Positions 12,001-25,149 of a stretch of DNA of 64,000 nt are shown here, piece by piece; position 1 is the stretch's first letter, and each line of letters begins with the position of its first letter. Origin of the DNA: Psilocybe cubensis (Eukaryota). Where the stretch lies: positions 3,286,001 through 3,350,000 of the forward strand of contig CM039000.1 of assembly GCA_017499595.2 (NCBI GenBank), in the 5' to 3' direction. A program made the translations under genes and the position numbers. The notes under the pieces were generated by a model. The model did not search any database. It was not told where the DNA came from and worked only from the letters and a program-made list of their open reading frames with translations.

Positions 12001-13457
12001 ACGGTGCGGACCCCGCTACCGCGAAGAATGTTGTTATGTCGCATTCGCGTTCGTCGTCCTTTGAAGGCCAAGAGGAAGAAGTTCAAGGCGAAGCTCTGCC
12101 ATCACCGTCATCAGATCCCCCAAAGACTCTGATGGATGAGATAGATCCTGCAACAAGGTCAGTTACTTGCCATCTCATCTTTTCTCTGTTATAGAAAATC
12201 TGATTGATATGATTCCCCGCAAACACAGGTACTATCTTGAGCGCGCAGATGCCATCCATACACGGAGGATATCTGTTCTGATAAAACGTTCTGTGTTCAA
12301 ACCCTTGACGAGAGTCCGGTATGAAATTATTGGACAGGACAGAGCTCTGGAACAACTATTCAGAGTTCTGTCTATGCACTCCAAGGAGGTCGCTGTGACC
12401 CCTATGGTTGTCATGCTTTGTGGTGGGTTTTTATCAGCACTTCAAAAGGTTTTTCCATCATTAATTTCATTCTTTGTAGGACCAAGTGGACACGGAAAGA
12501 GTCTGTTGGCGCGCAAATGTAAGTGGTTTCGACATGGTGCAACTTCCAACTTGTTCCGACATCTGCTTTTCTAGTCGGATCATTACTCGACGTTCCAACA
12601 CATACCGTAAACATGACAACTCTGCGATCAACTCATGATTTGTGGCAATCGTACTCTATGAGTCCATACGAGGTCCGTTTCATCCCCCCAAAGCGTCCTT
12701 TAGAGAAATTTGGGGTTATAATATACTGACTGCTTGCTGTCATTCTAGGAGCCAACCAATTGTACTTTGGCGGAGTTTCTTATCAACAATGAAGGCAAGA
12801 GATGTGTCGTCGTTCTCGACGTAAGTGGTATCACATTATTTCTCAGAAAGTCTGACCCTCAAACTATATACGTTATAAGGAAATCGAGAAGACTGTCGAT
12901 CAGACTGCACTATGGTCCTTGCTCATGCCCTGGGAACTTGGGCGGTGTTCCTTTGAGGCCGGTAGCCGTCACGTAGATGTTCGAAATGTCATCTGGCTTG
13001 GGACATCAAACATAGGCCATGATTTAGTCTTCCAGCATCGTGAAGCGCGAAAGAACCCGAACGAGCCCATGTCCCGAGAAGAATACGTCGAGCTTATGGC
13101 GCTATTGCGACCTCGAGTGTCAGAAAAGCTAGGGGTAAGTGAAAGAAATTTCATTCTTTGCTTTTTATATGCATATTTTCTCGAGCTGCAGCGCTGACTG
13201 TTAACTCGTTTTGACATCGACAGGCTTCTGTCTTGTCAAGGATTACAACTGTCTTACCTTTCGTGCCTTTCTCCTTGGAAGAAAAGAGAGCGATCTGCTC
13301 AGAGGCATTCTACACCCTGGGAGGAGAGTTTGCAAGGTCGCTGCCTCAGGAGAGAGTGGAGAAGATTATTTCTAATGCTTTGACGAGTTATATCGCCGAT
13401 GAGGGCGCTAGGTCATTGTCGCGAGCCATTTCCAACCAATTGGTAGATATCATTTAA
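9066..13457 (+). CDS. CCCH zinc finger + long Ser/Pro/acidic region + ankyrin-like repeats + ClpB-NBD2/Skd3-like AAA+ ATPase
   Basis: ATG 9066 MALPEPSWRVK; CCCH finger CPFYQAGRCMFAESCNFIH; ANK-like TLMFAIASDNVDEVRHVLDSGEVDPN...EIVKTLLAYGADP; IIGQDRAL; Walker A GPSGHGKS; Walker B VVVLDEIEK; TSNIG; LSRITTVLPFVPFS; EGARSL. Frame continuity checked by hand across the small exons at about 10997-11543. Confidence 0.8.
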
Positions 13458-14031
13458 TCATTGTGTCTGTATGTGACAGTGTAATAGTATGAGAACGGGT
13501 GGAACATTGATGATGAAGCAGATATACTTTCGGTAGGCTATGCCCTAGGATACGCGGAGATAAAAAAAACAGGCCTGCCGATTTTCCGCAAACGATGGAC
13601 TTGGGTGTTCAGGATGGCATCACCGTCGCAACGACTATGATGGACAGTGCTATTGTTAGCGTGCATGTAACGCAAAGTGCTATGTTTGGGCAACACGCAT
13701 TTCATTAGACAAGACAGTTGCATATGCACTAGAGAACGGTACGAGTGACACTCCTATCATTAACTGTAAATCAAGATTGATGCAAGTCTGTGTTCTGTAC
13801 ACCCGTGGTATTTCATGCAGGCGTGTCTGTGAGGGGTTCTTGTTCTCTCATTCCTGATCCCCCCGAGTTCAGTGAAAGAGGGTAGTGGTTTTTCCTGCTC
13901 GTCAGTCCCGCCGTTGGGTTCTCCATCCCAGATCGTTTCTTCCCTTCCTGTCGTTTTTCGGTTCTTATTTTGTACTCGCTAACCAATAACGACGCGAAAC
14001 ACCCTTGGAATTTATCCCTTTCTATACGACC

Positions 14032-15457
14032 ATGATTGGCTCTAATTACCACGCTAAAAGGATGGTGAAAGTTCACGTAGCCCGTGCGCCTCAGAACACT
14101 TACTCTCCGAGTACCGCTTCTACAACGGTTCAGGAGGCTTCTGGACCGACACATTCCAGTGTAAGCGTATCGCTTCCCACTTCAACTGCGACGCTCGCGG
14201 GAGTTATCTCGTTCCTGGGAGTTGCCTTGATTATAGGTTAGTGAAATTTGTGATACATATATTACAAAATGGATTTTAAAGAGCTCACATATTGTAAATC
14301 GTTTTTTAGTTGTCGGTATTTACCTCTACCGTCGACATAAAAACAGGAGCGTGTGGAAACGCAAAACGCCCGCAGTTGAATTTGACCCAAATGCGTTCAC
14401 TGTCGAGAAGAAGGGTATGCAGCAGCAGCAGCGAACAGAAAGCCCCATGATTCCCGTCCGCTCGCACACCTACCAAGCCAGCGTTGCATCCAAGGACTCC
14501 GATGACTCAAGCACCACCTCGGAGAGCGGTGCAGGCTGGAGGCCGCAGGCTTCTCCTGTCACCACAACCACGACTGCGACCACCCCCAAATTCAGAGTGA
14601 CGAACGAAAACAGAGGCTCCGCCCCGGCGCTGCCTAAGATCCTCACGGACAAGAAGCGACCATCCCGCGCGAAAGCGTGGACGGACTCGCTTGCTCTCTC
14701 ATTGGATGACTCTCTCGTTCGTTCGCCTCCACCCTCGTACGACCTGGCCAATTCGGCCGGACCTGAGTTTTTAATACCCGTGCCGACGATGATGCCTGTG
14801 GAGAAGGGAAGGAGGGCAGCTCCGACGCCCCCGACACCGCCTGCGCATAGTAGTAGAAAGTCGATAATGTCGGCAGTGGCGAAAGCATCCTCGTCGAAGC
14901 CATCGACACCTGTCACTCCCTTGTCCTCAGCAAGCAGTATGTATGTCCAGACGTTGACGGTGCCTGTGAAAAAAGACGACGATGCACCCCCATCAGTATC
15001 AAGTCCTGCGCGATCCGAGTCATTCGCGCCAAAAGACTTGATGATGCCATCTCCCCCAAGCTCCGCCACCACCAGCAAGACAAAGAACAACTCACCACCA
15101 AGCGCCAACCCGTTCGCTTCTTCAGAAGATTCGTATTACAGCGGAAATACCTCTACCACCAGCAGCAGCAGTAGCAACAGTAACAGCATTAAACACAAGA
15201 CCCCGCGCATGATGCACGTCATCGCGCACTACACCCCGACACTTTCTGATGAGCTTCGTGTGCACGTCGGAGACACGGTCAAGGTGCTGGAAGAGTACAA
15301 AGACGGATGGTGCTTCGCACAATACGTAGGCAAAGCGGATGCGCCGAAGGGCGTCGTCCCCTTGATTTGCCTCGAGGAGAGACTGAGGATGGTCCCTGTC
15401 GCTCATAGCAGGTCGCCCAACGGGTCGCTTTCGAGTCTGTCTAGTTGGCGTCATTAA
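14032..15457 (+). CDS. Single-pass membrane protein: Ser/Thr-rich N-terminus, TM helix, Pro/Ser-rich tail, C-terminal SH3
   Basis: TM LAGVISFLGVALIIVVGIYLY followed by basic RRHK; one intron near 14238-14309; SH3 VIAHYTPTLSDELRVHVGDTVKVLEEYKDGWC...KGVVPLICL. Confidence 0.85.
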
Positions 15458-16072
15458 AGCCTTTTAATGTTTTTGACGACGACTAGGACAAGATGATGTT
15501 AGTCCTGCTGACATGGACACGACCAATGTTTACAATCCCACACGCCCGGTACACTTCTCATGTCTTTCCAACTACGCATTGAATGATTTTTTATCATCTG
15601 GACACTCACCAGGATACAATATTTCCCTGGATTTTTTAATCCTCTTCCACTCTTTTCTGTGACCCTCCAGGATCCATGAACCTTACACTCGTTTTTAATT
15701 TATTTATTGTTGTTTTACTATCCTTCTTTCTTGGGCTGCGACGTTACCCACCATACTTCATCCCTCCGCCGAAATCGAAATCGAACGTTTCTTTGCACTA
15801 GTTTCCCGAAGAACTGTATGGGCCTTGGTCCCTAACTGACTGGCTGGTGCCCTGGAGGCCTGTGGGCATTTGGCTCCCCATTACTATACCTTTGCACTTT
15901 CAATCTTCCTATATCCCACCTGTTGTTATTTAAACATAAGTATCAAGCAGAAATTGTGAAAGAAATCATATCATATCATTATTTGACGGAGTGGGGTGGT
16001 TTCGATCCCAGGTTCAAGATGGAAAAAAGCAAGTAGATTGCGACAAGAAGGAGAGTAACGTATAGTAGATGT

Positions 16073-16939
16073 CTATTCTTCAGGAAGCAAAGCTTTACGC
16101 TTGTACTTTGCCTGGTCACGTAACCACTAGCAGATACATCAAAGATAAGCGACTGTAGAGACCAGCACGAGACCCAACTCACTTGTCTATACTGGTGCAA
16201 GGAACCAATTTTTTCCCCTAGTTAGATAGTTAGAGGTGCAATAGAATTGACAGAAAATGCGAAACTACCATAGTAATCTGGAACGGGATGTGTTGGGCTT
16301 TGGAGGGTAGCATCTACTCGGTTTTTAGCAATACGCTGGAAGAAATCGTGATCTTTCTTGTCTAGTACGGATAGTATGTTGCGGTTCTTGAAGCGCCATA
16401 TAGATGCACCAATGGTGGGACCAGCTAATGCACCCGCGCCTAGATTTCAAGATAGGTTTAACGGAGAAAACACGCGGATATAGGACGACGCACCTGCGCA
16501 TCCCAGTGTGCAAAACCCATAGAAAAAGAATGGGTCTATACCCTGAAGGGAAATGAGCGTCTTTCAAACTATACTGCGAGGAGATACCTCACCATGATGA
16601 GTTTTGTAGGATCTGTATCGAGGTTCCCGAAGTACAGACCGCCCAGAGCCAAACCCAGCAGAGTCGTTGGAATGGTGAGAGCCTGTTGAAAAGATGAAGC
16701 GTAGACTACATGAAAGCACAGGGACGTACAGTTTGTACTCTTCTCTTGTTCCGTCGAATTGCGAGGTATTCTGGCCATGTGATGGATGCTTGTGCGGTCG
16801 TGGGTGGGGGAGTTGCCTGTACTTTTGGTGCAGAATTCGGTTTCGCGGCAGTTGACTTGCCCCTAAGCAAGACCAATGGAGAATTCTTCATTTTCAGGTT
16901 TTTGGAGACGCTTAGGCCTCTGGCGACACAGGATTCCAT
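16073..16939 (-). CDS. PAM17: Mitochondrial presequence translocase-associated motor subunit Pam17
   Basis: Basic presequence-like N-terminus; ITWPEYLAIRR; two hydrophobic segments; [48 protein letters not shown]; stop TAG at 16073-16075. Confidence 0.9.
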
Positions 16940-17028
16940 GGTGTGGAGGTGAGTTTGAAATAAACCTATAAGACCTAGAGGTTGATGAACCTCAGCGTGG
17001 CTGTGCACTAGCGTGTCGAGGCGTCACA

Positions 17029-17036
17029 GTCACGTG
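17029..17036. promoter_or_regulatory. GTCACGTG E-box in short divergent promoter
   Basis: Lies between divergent PAM17 (ATG 16939) and the SNF2 gene (ATG 17176). Confidence 0.4.
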
Positions 17037-17175
17037 CAATGATGTGAATCTAAATCGGGAACGACGTCTCTTTTTAGCTCCATTAACCGCTACCGTGTAC
17101 CGACATACACTGCTTTAAGTTGCAGTGAGTCAACTACCATCGTTCAATGACATTTCCCTCTCTTTCCTGTACATC

Positions 17176-20100
17176 ATGTCGCGGACACAATGCTGCCAAT
17201 CCTGTTGTGCGCCATGCTTTACTGACAAACCATGCCCTACAGGAAGAGACACAATTTCTGCACCATTCTCTCTTCGTAGATTGCTGGGGGTTGGGACTAT
17301 CACTCTACCTGTAGACGCCAGAACAATTCACAAGATCTGCGACCACGAGCATGCAGTTGATGGATGGCACATATTGAAACCGGAGTCATTGCTGCCGTAT
17401 CTTTCTAATCCAGAGGACCTCACATTTTGTCGAGACTTGCATTTTTTGATCAGGCAGCAGTTTATTTCGGTGACCTACAATGTTCTAAGTCCAAATGATT
17501 GCATGGTCCTGCGCATCTACCTCATTCCCTATGATTTGAGTGGAGTAAAAGGTGTTTTAAAAATCCGGAAAGACAACGTACTCATCCCAGCAAGACGGTT
17601 GATGCGCAATCTATTACCCAGGATATCCAAGGATGTTGAGAAGTGGTATGGCATGGAACGGGTGATGGTGGATGACCCTTTGATCCCTCATTCGTCGGTG
17701 CGACTTACGTCTCAAATTCTGAATTACAATTCTGCCTACTGAGATGCATTTATCACAGGATACTCGTACACTGGCCGATATCTACACCGATTTAGCATCT
17801 CCTCGCCCAATTCCCGTAAAAGGCTACGGCGAAATTGCCAGTCGTCTGCTGGATTTTTCAGACGATCTTGAAGGATTAGGAATGCGGAGCAGCCTATATC
17901 GCTATCAGCGTCGGTCGGTCGCTGCTATGCTGCACCATGAAATAAATACCGACACTATACCGGACCCACTTTATATACCTCTCAAAACAGTCGACAACAA
18001 AACTTTCTTTTTCCAACCAGGGACGATGGAAGTTATCGTTGAACGTCAGGAAACTGATTCATTTAGAGGAGGTATCTTATGTGAAGAACTAGGTATGTGT
18101 TATGTTTTCTTCTCATATTATTTTCTTCATTCTAGTTTGAAGGTACTGGGAAAACTGTCATGATTCTTAGCCTCATTGTCGCAACACGAAACCAGATTTC
18201 CTCTCCAGAACCAACCATAATTGACAATCGACCCATAATGACTCCTCTTGCTTTGCGACACTTTCCATCTGATGTTTTCGCCTCGACGCGGAAACAAATA
18301 TCCTCACAGAAATCACCAGCGGAACCAACAACCATTCCCACTCTCGTAGAATTGATGTTACATAAAGCCCGCACAAGCCCAAATTGTACCATACCCACTG
18401 ATATCACCAGCAAAAGGTCGAGTCGGCTAGCTGAAAAGGAAGAAGAAGTAGAGATCTTGCCGGTGGGAGAAATGCTGAAGGCAAACGTCCCATTTTATTT
18501 TCAACACATGGTAGAGCCTAGCAATCGCGAACGAACACAACGACGGAATAAAGACCTGCGGCCTCGGATCATGTACTTGACGTCGGCGACCCTAATCATT
18601 GTTCCTGCGAACCTATTGAGCCAATGGGATCGAGAAATCATCAAGCATTGCGATGTCCCTTTACGAGTGTTGATCTTGAGGGCGAAGACGCCTGTACCAA
18701 TCGTACAGAGCCTTGCAACAGATTATGACGTGAGGTATACCATCTCAATTTCATGATCAGAATACTGACACTGCTCTTAGATTATTCTAATGAGCTATAC
18801 CCGTAAATCACACTACCTTATATTTTTAAATGCGATTCTAACATACTGATTTTACAGGGTTCACCACAGAAGCTAACAACGCTGACGTCTCCAAACTTCA
18901 CACCGACACTGTCTGCACATGCCCTGAAATTCCAGGCTCCCGTGTTCCCAGATGCAGCTGTCAAATACCCAATGTATCGCCATTCCTTCAAATCCGGTGG
19001 AAGAGACTGGTAATCGACGAAGGTCACGTCTCCTCATCGCTTTCCACACACCTTGTACCGTTTGTACAACTTTTGAGTGTTGAAAGGAGATGGATTGTGA
19101 CGGGCACACCCACAACTAACCTACTGGGACTTTCTCTGGGAAGCAAATCAGTTGAAGAGATGGATGTAAAGATCAGCATTTCTGATGTCATGGAGAAAGA
19201 TGAAGATCCGACGCCAAGCTCGACCAGGTCATCTACACCACATCGCACTGATTCAGACGAAGGCATGCTTGAATCTCCATCAGAAGCAGACACCAATCAT
19301 TCTAGTATGTCTCTCAGCGAGAGCGCTGCGTCGCCACCTTCGTCAGTGCAAGTTACTGGCTCGCGGGTCTGGAATCGATACGACAGGGAGGATCTCAACA
19401 AGCTGAGCAACATGATAACATATTTTATCGCTGTGCCACAATTCAACGCAGACAAGAAGCTCATTCCGACGCATGTTATTGAGCCACTGCTCGATCCGCA
19501 CGGCCCAAGACCTGGCGCGATACAGGTTTTGAATCAGGTTATGGAGATGGTCATGATTCGACATAGGTAAGTCGTGCTTCGTAATATATTCAACTGTGGT
19601 GGTAGCAGCAGGGCTAAGACGGCAATGATGTAGGATCGAAGATGTCGAAAAGGACGTGGTTCTGCCACCTGTATCGCAAGAATCTGTTTTGCTTGATTTG
19701 GACCCATTTGTTATCAGGTCGTTCAATGCCTTGCAAGCCATTATCACTATAAATGCTGTTGATTCACAGCGAACTGATCAAGTAAGTCTCCTTTTTCAAC
19801 AGAATCTATCAGAATGCTCACTTGTGTCATTCAGGATTATATGTTTCACCCTCGTGTAAGAATCACGTTGAATATTTTACTTTCTCTCACTAATTCTACA
19901 TCTTTTGCTTCAAGAACGCTGAGCATCTCCAGGATACCGTCAGGAACATGTCACAGTTAGTATCGCACAGCTCATATTCCCCTACAAATAGGCATATCTA
20001 ATCCATTGCGTTAGAATTTGCTTCTGGCACATCGACGAAAACCTCTATAATGCTAGGGATCTAGTGCGTGATGCCGAAATAATTACGAAGAGGGCAGAAG

Positions 20101-21920
20101 ACAGGAATATGCCTCCTAGTGATATTTCGGCTCTCAAACTCGCATTCGATCACCTGTATGTGCGATTTTCTCTTCCCATTTGACCAATCTTACCTGACGA
20201 TATAAACAGACGTAATGCATTGTCTGATTCACTCTGGGTGTCAATGCAGACTCATGAAGATGTTCCATACCGTGTTTACAATCTCCCCCAACGTATTTTT
20301 AATGCTTGGACTCGCACTCCAGGTCAGGAACCGGGATGCCCACCTAACCAAAATGGTTTCATGCACGCCGACAGACTGCTCAAGCTCCATGACATGGTCG
20401 TCAACATGCCCCTAAAGTCACGCTCAGAAGACGCGATCGTTGAATTGGGCGGTGTTACTGCTCGCCGTGATATGTTTATTCGACAACAGTACGAAGAATC
20501 ACAGAGACGGAAGAATAAAGGTCATAAGCGGAAAAGGTTTAGCGACGAGGCACCGGGCTCGGGAAGCCAGCTGGCGAGCGACTTTGGGAAGAAGGCGTCT
20601 GCGGCGGATACACTGAAGGAGATGCAGATGGAGCTGGATGCGACCCTGGAGAGGATAAGGATGGAGGAAGAAAATGACGGGGATGCACACGGATCGTTGC
20701 CAACGGTACCTTCCCGTGAAAATGGGCCTCACATCGTCTCTTCGCTTGTGGCTTCTTCACCTCTTGTCAAACTGCACATTGGCTCCTCAGCCTCATCGAA
20801 GCTGAACTTCATAATAAATGAGGTAAGTTCAATTGTGGCGACCTTTTACAAATAGATGGCGTATCGTGGCTTACGAATGATCTTGCATCCCTTTCTTTTA
20901 TAGGTTCAGCGATATTCACCGACTGAAAAGTTCCTAATTTTTTCGGAATCTCCGCTTTCGTTGGCTCATGTCGCTGAATCTCTGGAGCTCATTGGCGTCA
21001 AATTTTTGCGATTTACTACCCAAGTAAACCCACAATTTCGTGAACAGCTGGTGTTGACTTTTGAGACATCGGAAACGTACCGAGTCTTCTTGATGGAACT
21101 AAAGCATGGCGCTCGTGGCTTGTATGTGGATCCACAATCACGGTAGACTTTTTCTACAGTTTGCTTACCAGTATCACAATTTCTTTAGGAACCTGATATC
21201 CGCGTCAAGAGTCATCTTTTGCGAACCTGTATGGCAAGCAGATGTAGAGAGTCAAGCCATTAAGGTAGTCTTGCTTTTATATTTATTCTTCGGAGCATTG
21301 TTTGACCGCCGTCTCCTTTCTGTAGCGTGCGCATCGAATAGGCCAAACACGTCCTATATCAGGTATTTACCGTTGTGGCGCATCTTCGCTTTCTATCTTA
21401 ATCTGATCATCAATCCAGTGAAAACCCTTGCAATCCGAGGAACGGCCGAAGAAAACATGGTGGCTAGGCGCACCATTCTTAAGGACAGCCATGAAAAGCT
21501 TCCAAAAGTGATCGAGGAAGCCGGCATGAGACATTACATAGCTGTACGTTTCTTTCGTGCCTATCGGCTCCGTCGACTCCGTTTCCGCCTCTTTGTGTTT
21601 ACTTGCATCTGTGGCGCTTTTCAACTAATACCAATTTTTCACCTTTACAGAACCCAAAGTTCATTTCTCGACCGCCTGTTTTAACACCGATAAACGCCTT
21701 CCCATTGATTCACCTGCCTCCGGAGTTTGATGAACCGCGTTTTCCTGTACTTACGATACGATTACCTGCGCGGCCCAAGGTATCGCCCTCTCTCAAGCGT
21801 GTACGTGTTGAGGACCCAATTGAGGAAGAAACAACCCCTTCAACCCCTGGGCCTGCCAACATGTCAGACGACGGCTCGCCTAAGAAGAAAAAGAAGACGA
21901 TACGATTCGCCTTACCCTGA
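17176..21920 (+). CDS. SNF2-family helicase/ATPase (Rad5/Rad16-like group), many introns
   Basis: [22 protein letters not shown] (motif I); [18 protein letters not shown] (Ia); [11 protein letters not shown] (II); RWIVTGTPT (III); [44 protein letters not shown] (V/VI); C-terminal basic NLS PKKKKK. Confidence 0.9.
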
Positions 21921-22521
21921 TGTCTTTTCCTTTTTGCGGGGTTCCATTTGTGCGTTTCATCCCGGATGACTTGTATTTTTTGACTGCTTGTATGTAAACT
22001 TGTAACTTAACTTTTATTTATAGAATCATTGTTGAATAGGAACATCTTTTTCTCTTGTTATCTCGCTCGCCTAGATGGCTTTATATAATGTTGATGTTTA
22101 GACTTTAGTTATCGTCATTTGAATCCACTTCATATTCAGGCGCCCAAATCATTTTACCCAACCAATATACGGGGAAATAGTTGGAGCTGGAATTCGGGTT
22201 ATTTATCTATCATTTGATAGTTGGTCTTGATTTGTGGAGTGGCCTCTGGCATGCTCCGGCGGTTGCAGACAGAACGGAAATATGCACATATTTGACAACG
22301 ACTACTAACTTCTAGCGCGTCTGTAATGATCACTCGTGTTGCGGATGACGGAAGGTGCTATATTAAGCACAGACACATACAAATTATTGGCAGGCCTTCT
22401 ATTCGGTTTGTATATAAGCTAGCTTGGCCCTAAGTGTTGACCTACATTCCAACAACTCCTCTTCTTCCTTCCTTCCACAGGCCGTCCCTCTTTTACCTGT
22501 TTCTTGGGCCCCGACACTACA

Positions 22522-23090
22522 ATGTTCTCTTTTATCACTTTCTTTACCACCCTTTTCTTCTTCGCCTTTGTCGTTCAGGCTTCTCCCGTGGACCTAGTTG
22601 ACAGGGCCAAACTCGACGTTTTCGTACCCGTTATTCTCAAGCCAGACTCCAGAACGACTTGGACCATTGGACGTACAGCTATTGTTTCATGGTATCTTTC
22701 TTTTCGTAACCTTTAATTTTGCCTTGTCAGATTTTTGACGCCATTGGTGTAATTTGCAGGGATACCACGAACGCGCCGAAGTCTATCTCCAACGGTGCTT
22801 CCGTTTACCTGAACGGTTGTAAGTCTGAAATATTTTTTAAAATTCGAGAGTGTATGTGCACGATATCTGAAATCATTTTTGAAGACGGTACTATCGCATC
22901 TGGGTTCAGTCTAAGGGATGGAAATGTGACGGTCACCGTTCCATCAGTACCACAGGGGCCTTACTTTATCACCCGTAAGCTTATGCTTATAAAAATCTTA
23001 GAATCAAAGTAGTACTGACATTCACGCTTAAATCCAACAGTCTTCGGAGACTCCGGAAATTACAGCCCCGTTTTCACGATCTCTAACTGA
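22522..23090 (+). CDS. Small secreted Ig-like protein (agaricomycete family resembling the Ser/Thr-rich GPI-anchored/Kre9 N-terminal domain), 4 exons
   Basis: Signal peptide MFSFITFFTTLFFFAFVVQA; DVFVPVILKPDSRTTWTIG; VSWDTTNAP; IASGFSLRDGNVTVTVP; LFGDSGNYSPVFTI; stop TGA ends at 23090. Confidence 0.8.
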
Positions 23091-23349
23091 GGATGTAACT
23101 CGGGCCTTCATTCCGTTGCTTTTCTTCGACCTTCGATTGAGAACAAGTATTGCCTGCAGCCTCACGGACTTTGACACGGACTTGCGTTTCGGACTTCTGA
23201 ATGATTCACGAACATTATCTTCTTCACGTTAGCATAACTCTTCCTTTCTGTCATTTTTGGTAAACCCGGCGTTTAGTACACGTAGTAGCATGAAAACTAC
23301 AGATTGAACCTTTCACTCTCGATAACCATCCATGATTGCGCTCCCAAAA

Positions 23350-25149
23350 CTATGAGATCGAGGAAAATTCCCTCAGAGCCTGGTTTAGCTCATCGCGTTC
23401 GATGCAATTTTCGAAAGCAAAGCTCTTGGCGAGATCTTCCAATTGCGCCTCATCGAGCCCTCGGAATGTGTCTGCCCACTCCTTGACCATGAATTCAGCT
23501 ACAAGAATGGTCCTCGATATACGCGTCACTCGCTCCTCGACGCTCCAAATAGGTGGGTACAGTTTGAGGTGAGATGGATCAGCTACTGAGTTCTTGATGA
23601 GATCGATGAGAGGTTGATAGATGTGTTTGACATGCTTGTCGTCTTTGCCCCAAGCATCCACTGCAAGCCGCTGTTTTCTCCGAAGAAATTCTTCGAAGCG
23701 CTGCATGTAAGGCGTGGCCCTTGAGACGTACACCATACCCTGAAACCCAATATCTTTGTAGAGCCAAATTGACCAGCTCAGTCCGTCCTGATGGAAAAAA
23801 ATAAAATATAGTCAAGCTTGCGCCAACAGACCTCATGCCCAGGATCGGAACGAACCTTCTTGTAGATTGTCAGCTGGTCTTTGAGCACAGCGTATCTTCG
23901 CTTATTGATCGCGTCCGTTTCGTCGCCATCGTATTCGATTCTTCCATACACAGGGCCCCACTCGCCGTTCCAAGCACACAACCCACGCTTGTCCATCCAC
24001 TCGCGCTTCCTCTGATACGTCTTTTCCATCCTCTCAATCTGAGCCGGCGTGCCCTCATATGGCTCAGGAGAACTAGGAAACCCAAACACCGCATAGTCAT
24101 GCAAAGCATACGCAGTATTACTCCATCGCTGCCCAGCATCCTCAGGAAACTTTGTAAAGTCAGTAGCATACGTGTTCCCGTCCAGGAAGAGAATATGGTT
24201 CGCGTCCACCGCGCGAATAGCGGCATGCGCGCGGTCGTAGAACGCGATCAGCGACGCATGCTGCGGGTGTGGGTCGGCAGGCTCGTTGAGCACGTTGTAG
24301 CCCGCGATCCACTCGTTGTCCTTGTACCGCGCCGCGATCTGCTCCCATATCCAGACGAGCCGGTCCTGGAAGTCCTTGTGCCGCCAAAAGTAGCCGATGT
24401 GCGACCCACCGTCCGCGTGCCACCCGCCGCTCTGGCCCCCAGGCGCGGTGTGCATGTCGATGACAGTATAGATGTTGTGCTTGGCGCAGATGGATATTGC
24501 CCTGTCGAGATGCTTGAAAGCGTTAGCTTTCAGCACACGAGGGTTCATGTCATCTATAGTTTTTTATTTACACGTTTCAGAATGCATTTATCCAATTTAA
24601 TTTCTTTGGATAGTAGCCCTCGGGAGAAGAGGGTAATGGCGCGTACCTTCAAAATGGCGATAGCCAACCGCGATCCGGATGCAGTTCAGCCCGAGAGATT
24701 TGAAGAATTGCGCATCTGGCTCAGCAAAGAAGTGCTCTAGAAACTATCCACCAGCATGGGTCAGGGGGGAGGTAATAGCTAGAGCAACTTATACACGTAC
24801 CCTGTCAAAGAAGAACTCTGCCTTTTCTTGTCCAATCGTCTCCGCGAGCGCCTCACGCACTTGATATTCGCACCCAGGATATCCTTTCGTAAATTGTCGC
24901 CAAATACGTTTCGTTCAAGGTAAAAATGAATTCATTCAATTACGAGATTATAAGAACAAACCCGAGATAAAGTTCTCCATCCTATTACGATGGGCCAGGA
25001 TTTTTGTTTCACCATCGACACTTTCGCTACGAAGAGTAAACTCAGAATCGCACTCACGTCATCCAGCCTCCGAGACCAGCACCATGAAGTCTGACCTCCT
25101 TTCCTTCCGCATCAACAATTTTCGTTCCTGCAACGTGCAAAAATCCCAT
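23350..25149 (-). CDS. Glycoside hydrolase family 5, no signal peptide (GH5_22-like)
   Basis: MGFLHVAGTKIVDAEGKEVRLHGAGLGGWM, MENFISGYPG, IDMHTAPGGQSGGWHAD; acid/base YNVLNEP; nucleophile WNGEWG; WLYKDIGFQGMVY. Subfamily assigned from remembered motifs. Confidence 0.9.

Noticed and set aside
23835-24740. 301-aa plus-strand ORF
   Set aside because: Antisense shadow of the GC-rich GH5 exon; no motifs.
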